Below, one piece after another: positions 37,838 to 46,507 of a DNA stretch of 64,000 nucleotides. The position numbers were made by a program, and so were the translations under genes. The first letter of the stretch is position 1; the number at the start of each line of letters is the position of its first letter. Below the pieces are notes generated by a model. It did no database searches and was not told where the DNA came from. It was given only the letters and a program-made list of their open reading frames with translations. Source of the DNA: Fibrobacterota bacterium (GTDB lineage Bacteria; Fibrobacterota; Fibrobacteria; UBA11236); NCBI GenBank assembly GCA_043753995.1, contig JAYUVP010000098.1, forward strand, positions 32,001 to 96,000. The letters run 5' to 3'.

Positions 37838-39325
37838 ATGAAAATGCTTCAGCCATCCTATAGCAGGATACTCGCGGCTAGCACGCTCTTAGGCGGACTG
37901 GCGGCCCAAAACATCTTGGCCATCGATGCCGGACTTTATTATCAACAGCAATTGCATGCCTATAGCCGTACGCTCTTCGGAATCAATGGCCCACTGCCGG
38001 CCAGCGCTCCCATTGTCGCGCAGCCTTATCGCTTGCCAGTGCAGAGTGCATCCGATCAAGTCGCCTTGGCGCCAGGTCTCAATGCGGCTTATCTCACCCG
38101 CAAAGTGGCCAATGCCGCGGACATGTTTGCCTTTTGGCCCGACGCGGCCAATCCGACCCATGTCTTTTTCTGCATTGAAGGGGGGCGAGAAGTCATTGGA
38201 ACATTCTCGACTAGCCAGACCAAGTACAATCCCTCGGTGCAGCGCATCGACAGGAATGGAAATGTGGAAACCTTACTTCGGGGCATGTCCGGCTGCGACG
38301 GCATTCGGCTCACTCCTTGGGGCACACTCTTGGCGACGGAAGAAGAGGATGATGGCGGAGCTTATGAGATTCTCAATCCCATGACCATCACCAATTTCAC
38401 GGTTCAAGATCGCGCCACGGGAAATATCGTCGACACCAATGGACTGCCGCAATCCACTCGTATCGCCAAACGCACGGCACTCCCGGTCATGGCCTGGGAA
38501 GGCCTTACCGTGCAGCCCTCGGGCGTAATCATCGGTGGTGATGAATTGCGGCCCGGTACCGGTGCGCCGGATGCCGATGGCGGCTCCCTGTTCAAGTTCG
38601 TCCCCACGAATCCCGCCGTCGGATTGACGTCCATATCCCAATTGTCCGAATCGCCGCTGGTCGCTGGCACCGTGCATGCCTTGCAAGTTTCTTGCGTGGG
38701 AGGCACCCAGCAATTTGGTCAAGGTTGTGAAGTCGGTAATGCTTCCTGGATCCCTGTTTCGGCCGCTAGAGCGCGGGCGTATGCCGACTCCCTGGGCGCG
38801 ACCGGTTATTATCGCCCCGAGGATTTAGAGCAAGACCCTGTCTTTGTGGATACGGCCAATCCCCAGGCTATACGTTTTTGCTGGACCAATACCCAGAACG
38901 AAGGCGCGCAAAGCTACGGAGAAGTTCTTTGCGCGGTGGACCGAAATCCTTTGACAGCTTCCGCGACCCAAAGGACGGTCACGGTTTCGCGTTTCCTCGA
39001 AGGCGACAAGGACTTCAACTCCCTCGACAATATTGCCTTTCAACCCATAACCGGAATACTCTATGTGATCGAGGATCATGACAATGGAGATATTTTCGCT
39101 TGCTTGCCAGATGGTGCCGATCGCGATCTCCAAACGGATGGCTGTATGAAGGTGCTCTCGGTCAAGGACACCAAGGCGGAACCCACGGGTTTTGGCTTTA
39201 CCGCCGATGGCCGCAGCGCTGTGCTTTCGATTCAGCATAGCAATGACGGTAGCATGCCCTCCCAGGATGGGTATCCGACGGATGACATCCTCTTCATTTC
39301 GGGTTTTCAAATACCGGTTAAGTAA
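37838..39325 (+). CDS. PhoX-like (DUF839) alkaline phosphatase, paralog of the C-terminal domain of the upstream gene
   Basis: Motifs GCDG, TPWGTLLATEE, WEG, GGDE, YRPED, LDNI, IEDHD and AEPTG; signal peptide. Start at 37838 or 37844 (AGGAG upstream). Confidence 0.8.
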   Translation: MKMLQPSYSRILAASTLLGGLAAQNILAIDAGLYYQQQLHAYSRTLFGINGPLPASAPIVAQPYRLPVQSASDQVALAPGLNAAYLTRKVANAADMFAFWPDAANPTHVFFCIEGGREVIGTFSTSQTKYNPSVQRIDRNGNVETLLRGMSGCDGIRLTPWGTLLATEEEDDGGAYEILNPMTITNFTVQDRATGNIVDTNGLPQSTRIAKRTALPVMAWEGLTVQPSGVIIGGDELRPGTGAPDADGGSLFKFVPTNPAVGLTSISQLSESPLVAGTVHALQVSCVGGTQQFGQGCEVGNASWIPVSAARARAYADSLGATGYYRPEDLEQDPVFVDTANPQAIRFCWTNTQNEGAQSYGEVLCAVDRNPLTASATQRTVTVSRFLEGDKDFNSLDNIAFQPITGILYVIEDHDNGDIFACLPDGADRDLQTDGCMKVLSVKDTKAEPTGFGFTADGRSAVLSIQHSNDGSMPSQDGYPTDDILFISGFQIPVK

Positions 39326-39346
39326 TTCGGATAATACCGGCCCTCG

Positions 39347-39373
39347 GCCTCGCGCTTCGGCGCGGGGCTTTTT
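39347..39373 (+). terminator. Rho-independent terminator
   Basis: GCCTCGCGC-TTCG-GCGCGGGGC followed by TTTTT. Confidence 0.85.
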
Positions 39374-39469
39374 CATTTCAGGTGAATTAGGTGGGGGAAA
39401 AACGGAGGGGTTTGCGGTGGCAGGCCCGAAAATATTTATGTCTATGCCGGATTTTCAAACGAGGAAGCC

Positions 39470-40552
39470 ATGTGGCGAGCCATAATGAATTTGATACATG
39501 CCATTCTGTCCATTTTCCAAAAGGCGGAGAGAATCTCGCCATGGTCTTTGGAAGTGCTTGGGGATTTGCCCGCCGACTTGGATTTGGATGCAGTCATGCA
39601 AGGCGGTGGATTATCAAGTGACGGCGCGGCGGCTTGGGTGGAAAAAAGCGCGAATAAGCCCGGCGTGATTGTTCGCCGCCTGCCAGGGCAAATGCCAGAT
39701 CGATTGAGCATGTATCAATTGAGCGGAGCCCAAGTTGATTTGCGAATCGGTAATATGAATGATGCGCATTCCGTGGCGGGGATGGCCATTAGCAACCCGC
39801 CAGGATCGACTTGGGGTGTTTTGATTCACGAACAGGGGGGTCAGGTTTGGCTCAGGCCCTCCTATGACGACGTGACCTATTCCGCGAGTGGCATTGACAA
39901 TCAAGGTTTTATCGTGGGAAATGGTATCGGAGCCGTGACTTGGGAAAACGGTATCGCCGAATCCATCAGCATCGATGGAGTTGCCGTATACAGTTTGCTT
40001 GCGGCTTCCGTGAGCCCTACCGGGCAACACGTGGCCGGTGCCTATGTGGGCATCGAGGATAGGCTTCGTTTATTTCCCTGGTATCGTTCCGGGAGCGGCG
40101 TTCATCGACTGAAGTATGTCGAGTTCGAGCAGCCTGGAACCGCCCACGATATTAATGCCGACGAAATCAGTTGCGGAGAAAATATTGATTCCGCGACAAA
40201 TTTAAAAATTGCGTGGCGATTCAAGCCCGCCGATGGGAAGACAGATTGGCTCAATGGGCTTGACCCTAGCGATCATGTCTGCGCCTTATCCCTGAATGCA
40301 CCGGGATCGACAGTGGGATATTCGGGCAATAGGGCGGTGTTTTGGCCTGCTTATTCGGCTCGAAATCCCATACCCCCTATCGACCTGACAGCTCAATTCG
40401 GTGATGCGAACTTGGTGCTGGCACGGGCGCTGCGTATCAACGATCGAGGCGACATCCTTTGTTTCGGATGGCGCGTCGGGACAGGAGGCGCCAAGGATTA
40501 CAAAATGTTTTTGGTGCACTCTGCCACCAGGCGCATTCCTCAATTTGATTGA
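39470..40552 (+). CDS. Hypothetical protein with HAF-like extracellular repeats
   Basis: Repeated A.xIN..G.I.G motifs (ASGIDNQGFIVG, AHDINADEISCG, ALSLNAPGSTVG, ALRINDRGDI). Confidence 0.6.
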   Translation: MWRAIMNLIHAILSIFQKAERISPWSLEVLGDLPADLDLDAVMQGGGLSSDGAAAWVEKSANKPGVIVRRLPGQMPDRLSMYQLSGAQVDLRIGNMNDAHSVAGMAISNPPGSTWGVLIHEQGGQVWLRPSYDDVTYSASGIDNQGFIVGNGIGAVTWENGIAESISIDGVAVYSLLAASVSPTGQHVAGAYVGIEDRLRLFPWYRSGSGVHRLKYVEFEQPGTAHDINADEISCGENIDSATNLKIAWRFKPADGKTDWLNGLDPSDHVCALSLNAPGSTVGYSGNRAVFWPAYSARNPIPPIDLTAQFGDANLVLARALRINDRGDILCFGWRVGTGGAKDYKMFLVHSATRRIPQFD

Positions 40553-41109
40553 GCAGGTTGCAAGGTTTTCACGAGCCGCGAGGTTTCATAGCCCTGGGTT
40601 TGGAGACGCGCAACCAAGCCTTGATAGGTCTCATCGGCCAAAGCCGACTTGCGCGCAAGAATCCAGAGGTAGTCTCGATTGGGGTGGCCGACGACGGCAT
40701 ACGAATAATCGTCCGCGAGCTGAATCACCCAGTATTCCCCCCAAAAGGGCCGGAAAAAGCTCACCTCCAATTTCGCATTTGTAACGGTGTCCACGACGCG
40801 AGCGCGACCTAGCGCCGACTTTTCTTTTCCGTTCAAAGAATCTAAGCGGCAACGATTGAGTACATCGATATCGCCATCCTTGCGAAGCGTGTAGTTCGCC
40901 GTAGTGGCGGCGCAGCCTTTCTGAAAGCTCTGCGGAAAATGGGCGATCTCATACCAGGTCCCGAGATAACGGGAAAGCTCAACCTTTGGGACCGTTTCGA
41001 GTGGAGGCAAGCCCAGCCTTTTAGTCGTGCTTTTCGAACATCCGGTGAATAGTATGAGAGTGGCAAACAGGCAGGCAGAAAGCTTAATGGATTGGGATAA
41101 AACTCTCAT
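40540..41109 (-). CDS. blc: Bacterial lipocalin lipoprotein
   Basis: Lipobox FTGC; motifs RYLGTWYEIA, FFRPFWGEYWV and YLWILAR. Confidence 0.92.
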   Translation of the reverse strand: MRVLSQSIKLSACLFATLILFTGCSKSTTKRLGLPPLETVPKVELSRYLGTWYEIAHFPQSFQKGCAATTANYTLRKDGDIDVLNRCRLDSLNGKEKSALGRARVVDTVTNAKLEVSFFRPFWGEYWVIQLADDYSYAVVGHPNRDYLWILARKSALADETYQGLVARLQTQGYETSRLVKTLQPAQSN

Positions 41110-41342
41110 TTGAGCTTCCTCATTTTTCTAACCCGAGGGTTTGCTTTAGTGCATATCAAAACCTAGTTCGACCCGTGTATATGCCGTTATAGGCACTATC
41201 CCACCTGCTCCGGACAAAGCGAAAGCATTTAAGGGTAGGGGACTAGAGTAATGGGTTACTGTGCGTATTTGGCAATGGATTTGCCAATGCTACATGCGCT
41301 TCAGCGCCTGGACCGGGGGCGCTCTTTCAACAGGAGTTCAGG

Positions 41343-42656
41343 ATGAGAGATGTGATCCTTCATGCATTCAATTGGCGCTACGCCGACATCGCCGCCAAGG
41401 CCGAAGCTATCGCCGCTGCCGGCTACGGTGCCGTGCTATTCCCACCGCCGCTTTGGTCGGACGAGAATGGGGATGTTTGGTGGCAGGTCTATCAGCCCAA
41501 GGACTACCGCATCCTCCGATCTCATCTGGGTAGAAAAGCCGAACTCGTGGAGGCGGTGGAAAAACTCAAGGCCGCGGGCGTTCGCGCCATCGCCGATATC
41601 GTCTTCAATCACATGGCCAAAGAGGATCGCGAGGATCGTTTCGACTTTCCCGGTAAGGAAGCCTTGGCACGCTACGCCTCCGACCCGACCTTTCAGGAGG
41701 ACAAGCTGTATGGCGACCTTACCAAGGGCCTGTTCTCCGACCACGATTTCCACCCCGAGAAGAGCATTGAGGATTGGATGGATACTCAGCAAGTGGTCGA
41801 TGCCGAGCTTGCAGGGTTACCGGACCTCACCCTTTCCATCGCCGTGGTGAGGGAGCAGGTCGAATGTCTTTCGGAACTTGTAAAGATCGGATTCGACGGT
41901 TTCCGTGGCGACGCGGTGAAGCATATGCCGCGCGAGCATGTGGCGGGCGTCTTCCATTCCCAACCCACCGAAGGACGTTTGGTATTTGGCGAAACCCTCA
42001 CCTTTAGCCAAGAGGAAAACGTCGAATTCCTCTGGCCCGATGTGAATGCCACCCGTCTATCCTTCTACGATTTTCCGCTCCAACAAACCTTGAAGCGCGC
42101 CTTGGACCTAAGCGGTTCCCTGCGAGACTTGGCCCAGCCAGAGGTGATGGGCAATGCTCTTCCGTCGTCGCGGGCGATCACGTTCACGGTGACTCACGAT
42201 GTCGCTAACAACGAAGGATTCCGTGGAATGATTTTGGATGTCCAGGACGACTACCTCGCGAGGGGCTATATCCTTGGCCGGGACGGTGGTGTGCCCTTGA
42301 TCTTTTCCGACCATGCGGAGAGCGCCGCCGACCATCCCGAAGACAAAGGCCGATGGGAAGAGTGCTGGAATCGCCCTGATATCGCTGCGATGGTGAAATT
42401 CCACAATGCCGTCCAGGGGTTGCCTCAGCGCAGTCTGTGGGAAGCCGACGAATCCTTGGTTTTCGCGCGCGGCGACTGCGGCATGGTGGCCATCAACAAA
42501 AGCGAAGAATGGGTCACGCTCGAAATCTGGACCTTTGGGTTACAGTGGGGAGACTACCGCTGCCAAATCCATCAGCACCTCATGGAAGTCCAGGGCGAGA
42601 CATTACGATTCGCCATCCCCCCTCGAGAAATACAGATGTGGCTTAAAGAGGGGTAA
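41343..42656 (+). CDS. Cytoplasmic alpha-amylase (GH13)
   Basis: Motifs VILHAFNW, WWQVYQP, DIVFNH, GLPDL, GFRGDAVKH and FTVTHD. Confidence 0.92.
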   Translation: MRDVILHAFNWRYADIAAKAEAIAAAGYGAVLFPPPLWSDENGDVWWQVYQPKDYRILRSHLGRKAELVEAVEKLKAAGVRAIADIVFNHMAKEDREDRFDFPGKEALARYASDPTFQEDKLYGDLTKGLFSDHDFHPEKSIEDWMDTQQVVDAELAGLPDLTLSIAVVREQVECLSELVKIGFDGFRGDAVKHMPREHVAGVFHSQPTEGRLVFGETLTFSQEENVEFLWPDVNATRLSFYDFPLQQTLKRALDLSGSLRDLAQPEVMGNALPSSRAITFTVTHDVANNEGFRGMILDVQDDYLARGYILGRDGGVPLIFSDHAESAADHPEDKGRWEECWNRPDIAAMVKFHNAVQGLPQRSLWEADESLVFARGDCGMVAINKSEEWVTLEIWTFGLQWGDYRCQIHQHLMEVQGETLRFAIPPREIQMWLKEG

Positions 42657-42788
42657 CCTCCTTGTTTCATCCCGGGAGCAAAGCCATCCGATCAGTAAAC
42701 CTTAATGAATCCACCATCATTTAGTAGGCCATCAAACCCGGATGTTCTAAATTAGTAGTCCACACCAACATTTTAACCTGAAAACAGC

Positions 42789-43418
42789 ATGGAAAAGATT
42801 GATCAAATATTCGCCAACAACCGGAAATGGGTCGCCGATAAACTTTCCATAAGCCCAACTTATTTCGAGGATTTAGGCAAAGGACAATCGCCCGAATTTT
42901 TATACATCGGCTGTAGCGACAGCCGGGTTACCGCGGAAGAATTGATGGGCGTGCAGCCGGGTGAAGTGTTCATTCATCGCAATATCGCCAATATGGTCAT
43001 CAGTATTGATTTGAATGCAATGAGCGTATTGAATTACGCTGTTCGGCATTTGAAAGTCAACCACATCATCGTTTGCGGCCACTATGCCTGTGGCGGAGTG
43101 AAAGCCGCGATGCAAAGCGCCGATCTCGGGATATTGAATCCCTGGTTGAGAAATATCCGCGACGTGTACCGGCTGCATAAGGAAGAATTGAACGCCATTG
43201 CCGACAATGAAAAAAGATACGACAGGCTGATAGAATTGAATGTGCAGGAGCAATGCATCAACCTGATAAAGACAGCGGCGGTGCAGCAGGCCTATAAGGA
43301 CCGGGGTTTGATGGTTCATGGGTGGGTTTTTGATGTCCATACGGGGAAATTGATTGATTTGAAAATCGACTTCCCGAAAATTTTGAAGGAGATCATGGAG
43401 ATTTATAAACTGCTTTGA
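42789..43418 (+). CDS. can: Beta-class carbonic anhydrase
   Basis: Motifs GCSDSRV, HRNIAN and CGHYACGG. Confidence 0.95.
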   Translation: MEKIDQIFANNRKWVADKLSISPTYFEDLGKGQSPEFLYIGCSDSRVTAEELMGVQPGEVFIHRNIANMVISIDLNAMSVLNYAVRHLKVNHIIVCGHYACGGVKAAMQSADLGILNPWLRNIRDVYRLHKEELNAIADNEKRYDRLIELNVQEQCINLIKTAAVQQAYKDRGLMVHGWVFDVHTGKLIDLKIDFPKILKEIMEIYKLL

Positions 43419-43424
43419 AGGTGA

Positions 43425-45134
43425 ATGGGATATTCAATGAGCGCTGCCAACCACGAAAGCCTATCGCCCACACCTGCGCCCCAAAGCGTTCATGCCACAT
43501 TGAGGCAAGCTGGCCACCCATTAGCAGCGCATGTCACTCGCGATTTCAGGAAGATTGACGTCGGTTTTTCTTCCACTGGTTCGGGGCATGGATTGAGCGC
43601 CATTACCCTTGGAACACCAGGGTCTCCCGCCGAAAGGGAAGCGCAAACCCTTTCCGAAAACTTGCTTGCAGGCAGGGACTTGCCTGCTCCGATGCGTTTC
43701 GATTTGAGCAGCGTTCGTATTCATGCGGATAAGGCCGCTGCGGAATCCGCACGCCAAATCGGCGCTAGTGCTTATACCGTGGGTTCTCATATCGTTTTCG
43801 GTGAAGGCCAGTATCGTCCCGAGACGGCGCAAGGCCGTCATGTTCTGGCTCATGAATTGATGCATGTCGGCCAAAGTCGATACGAAAGGTCGCCCACTTT
43901 GCATCGCTACGAAGCGCCGGAGCATCAGGATTTCGGCGATCGGGGCCTCGCCGATCTCGCTGAATTTTTGCAAACCGACGAAGGGGAAGTTTTCGCGGAC
44001 CAATTATCGCAGCCCGCAAGCCTGAAAGGCATATCCGGCGATCCTTTTCTAATGGGCAAAGTCTTCATGGTAAATGGCGTTCGCCTAACGGTCGGCGACA
44101 TCATCGCCATGGCCGGTGATTTTTATCCCGACCCGACCCATTTGTTGAATGCCGATCCCGCGGAGCTCACCGAAATTCGCGACGCCATTCAGGAGGAGCG
44201 AGATGGCAAGCTCAAAGGCGGCAAGGCCAATGAACGCTATCAAGCCATTACCCAGAAATATATTGGCCTTGGCAAACGTGACGCGAAGGAATCCTTCATC
44301 GGTTTGGCCAAGGTCAATGCGCCGCATTTCACCCCAACCAATCGTGCGGCTTGGAAAGAATTGCATAAGCAGGCGCTGAAAGAAGCGCGCCTAGCCGTGA
44401 AGGACGCGGCCAAGCTGGACGCGGCATTGCTAAGAGACGCCTTCGGCGGGCACTTCCTCACGGATGCTTTCGCTTCGGGGCATTTATTCGACAAGCAAAA
44501 ACTGGAAGCGGCCATACAGTTTTGGCAAAGCACCAATACCGCCAAGCCTTCCAATCCCGAAATGTCGGTTTATTACGGCATTATCGGGGGAAATATGGGC
44601 CAACTGATACTGAAAAACATTCATGACAGGTTGAATACGGAAGGCGTGGAAGTTTCCAATAAACGGGGATTGAAGTGGAAAACTTATGGCGATGATCATT
44701 TGAAAGACGGGCCTGACTCCCTAAGAATCGGGGCCTTGGCCGTATATGAATCGCGTCAGCAAATCCTCGCCGCCAATCGAGGCGGGCCTACCGAGTCGGA
44801 TAGTTTGGACGAGGATCATTCCAATGAAGTCTTGGACTTACTGCCTGACGATGCCAGCGTCGATATGGCGACAAAGAAAGCCATCAGTTATATCCCCTCT
44901 GCAGCTGCGGGAGTCACTTCGCTCATTTACCGCCAAAGAGGAGCCGGCGCTTTGGCTCTCAAGGAACAGTTGGGTATTGCTGGTTCCATCCTGGCGCCCA
45001 TCATCAAATCGAATATCGCCACCATCGCCGATCCGGGGCGGGAAAAACAGCTTCTCGATCTCGAACGGAGAAGCCAACAAATGAATTCGGGAAAGCTCCT
45101 GGCTCCGCAATTCACGATATTCGATTTTCCGTAA
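43425..45134 (+). CDS. DUF4157 (eCIS core) domain protein with C-terminal Zn-phospholipase C-like domain
   Basis: DUF4157 core FDLSSVRIHAD...AYTVGSHIVF...VLAHELMHVGQ, then EH..FGD, IAMAGDFY, NAPHF, HFLTDAFASGH, HDRLN and WKTYGD. Confidence 0.75.
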   Translation: MGYSMSAANHESLSPTPAPQSVHATLRQAGHPLAAHVTRDFRKIDVGFSSTGSGHGLSAITLGTPGSPAEREAQTLSENLLAGRDLPAPMRFDLSSVRIHADKAAAESARQIGASAYTVGSHIVFGEGQYRPETAQGRHVLAHELMHVGQSRYERSPTLHRYEAPEHQDFGDRGLADLAEFLQTDEGEVFADQLSQPASLKGISGDPFLMGKVFMVNGVRLTVGDIIAMAGDFYPDPTHLLNADPAELTEIRDAIQEERDGKLKGGKANERYQAITQKYIGLGKRDAKESFIGLAKVNAPHFTPTNRAAWKELHKQALKEARLAVKDAAKLDAALLRDAFGGHFLTDAFASGHLFDKQKLEAAIQFWQSTNTAKPSNPEMSVYYGIIGGNMGQLILKNIHDRLNTEGVEVSNKRGLKWKTYGDDHLKDGPDSLRIGALAVYESRQQILAANRGGPTESDSLDEDHSNEVLDLLPDDASVDMATKKAISYIPSAAAGVTSLIYRQRGAGALALKEQLGIAGSILAPIIKSNIATIADPGREKQLLDLERRSQQMNSGKLLAPQFTIFDFP

Positions 45135-45258
45135 AAGGTTGGGCCGGACTAAACAAGCAATTCAAGGGTACGGATTGGACATCCTTGTCCATACCCAAGG
45201 GAAAGTCCGACGAATATACCCGCGGGAGCTATACCAAGGCCTAACCCGCCCAGCTTAT

Positions 45259-46035
45259 TCACTGTGGCCACAGGTTGATGCCTAAGCGCACAATCAAGGC
45301 CGTGACCACGGCCAAAAATGCCCAGCGTATCCACGCATTGCCCGCCGAGATGGCGACACGGCTGCCCAACATGCCGCCTACGAAATTGCAGGCGGCCATG
45401 GGAAGGGCTAAAGACCATACTACCGAGCCCGCCGGCAAAAACCAGAGCAAGGCCCCGAGATTGGATCCGCCATTAATGAATTTCGCCAGTGCCGAGGCTT
45501 GCAGGAAATCGCGGCCGAATCCCAGGATCAAAATCAAAACCAAAACGCTGCCTGTGCCCGGTCCGAAAAAGCCATCGTAAAAGCCCAGTACCATGCCTGT
45601 TACGATGAGCCAAATGGCATGATGGCGCACGAGAAAGCCGGGTCGGACTTGATGCCCTAGGTTCGGCTTCAGGGCCGTGTAAACCGCCATGATCACCAAC
45701 AAAAGCAGAATGGCCGGGCGCAAGACTTGTGGATTGAGATGGGAAACCGCACGCGCGCCGAACCAAGCCGCGATCAGGGCCGCCAAGACGCAGGGAAATA
45801 ATTCACCAAGGTTCAAGGTTAGACGGCGCGCATAGGTGATGGCGGCTCCCGTGGTGCCGAATATCGAAGCACCCTTGGTGGTGGCCAAAACACCGGCCAC
45901 GGGCATTTCGGGAAAAAGCAAGAGCAGGGCCGGGGTGGTGATGAGCCCGCCGCCCCCGACGATGGCGTCAATAAAACCGGCGGCCAGCGAGGCCAGGGCG
46001 GCGGCGATTAAGGAGGTAAGCGGAATTTCAAGCAA
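45259..46035 (-). CDS. TSUP/TauE-SafE family (YfcA-like) transporter
   Basis: Motifs AGFIDAIVGGGGLI and GFYDGFFGPGTGS. Confidence 0.92.
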   Translation of the reverse strand: MLEIPLTSLIAAALASLAAGFIDAIVGGGGLITTPALLLLFPEMPVAGVLATTKGASIFGTTGAAITYARRLTLNLGELFPCVLAALIAAWFGARAVSHLNPQVLRPAILLLLVIMAVYTALKPNLGHQVRPGFLVRHHAIWLIVTGMVLGFYDGFFGPGTGSVLVLILILGFGRDFLQASALAKFINGGSNLGALLWFLPAGSVVWSLALPMAACNFVGGMLGSRVAISAGNAWIRWAFLAVVTALIVRLGINLWPQ

Positions 46036-46133
46036 GGCTTAAACAGTAGGAATGCCTAGTGGCGGCCATTCGCTTGAATTGAGGCGAAAAGTACACCGGC
46101 TTTCCCGTGAACATGGATTTTTGGCCAAATACC

Positions 46134-46267
46134 CTATTTAACTAATAGAACTTGTTTGACCACAATTTTGGAGGATATTGCAGTATTTTGCTGACATTAA
46201 AAGAATTTTAGGATTATCTCTTGACAGTCGCCATGGTCTAGGCTTACATTCTCTACATAAACGATAG
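46134..46267. promoter_or_regulatory. Sigma70-like promoter of the sulfate operon with two CTAY-N7-ATAG inverted repeats
   Basis: TTGACA at 46221-46226, 18 nt spacer, TACATT at 46245-46250. CTAT-ttaacta-ATAG at 46134-46148 and CTAC-ataaacg-ATAG at 46253-46267. Confidence 0.6.
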
Positions 46268-46334
46268 ACTAATAGTTTTTGGATTCGTCCCCACACCCTA
46301 CCTGTCTGCCGAAGGCAAGAAACTGAGGCCCACC

Positions 46335-46496
46335 ATGTCGGAACGACAGCACGAGAATAGCTCGCCGGAATGGCAGCAGGCCCTGCAAGTGGCCCTGCGA
46401 GACTTGCGTTTTGGCTCGGTGGAAATCACCGTGCATGAAGGTAAGGTCACGCAAATCGAGCGCCACGAAAAAATTCGTCTCAACCACAACGCCTGA
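46335..46496 (+). CDS. YezD/OscA-like small protein (DUF2292), 53 aa
   Basis: Below the ORF-track cutoff. MSERQHENSSPEWQQALQVALRDLRFGSVEITVHEGKVTQIERHEKIRLNHNA carries the lrFGsveIvVHdGkVtQIEr.EK.Rl signature; GAGG RBS. Confidence 0.88.
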   Translation: MSERQHENSSPEWQQALQVALRDLRFGSVEITVHEGKVTQIERHEKIRLNHNA

Positions 46497-46507
46497 TGGA
46501 GTTTTTC

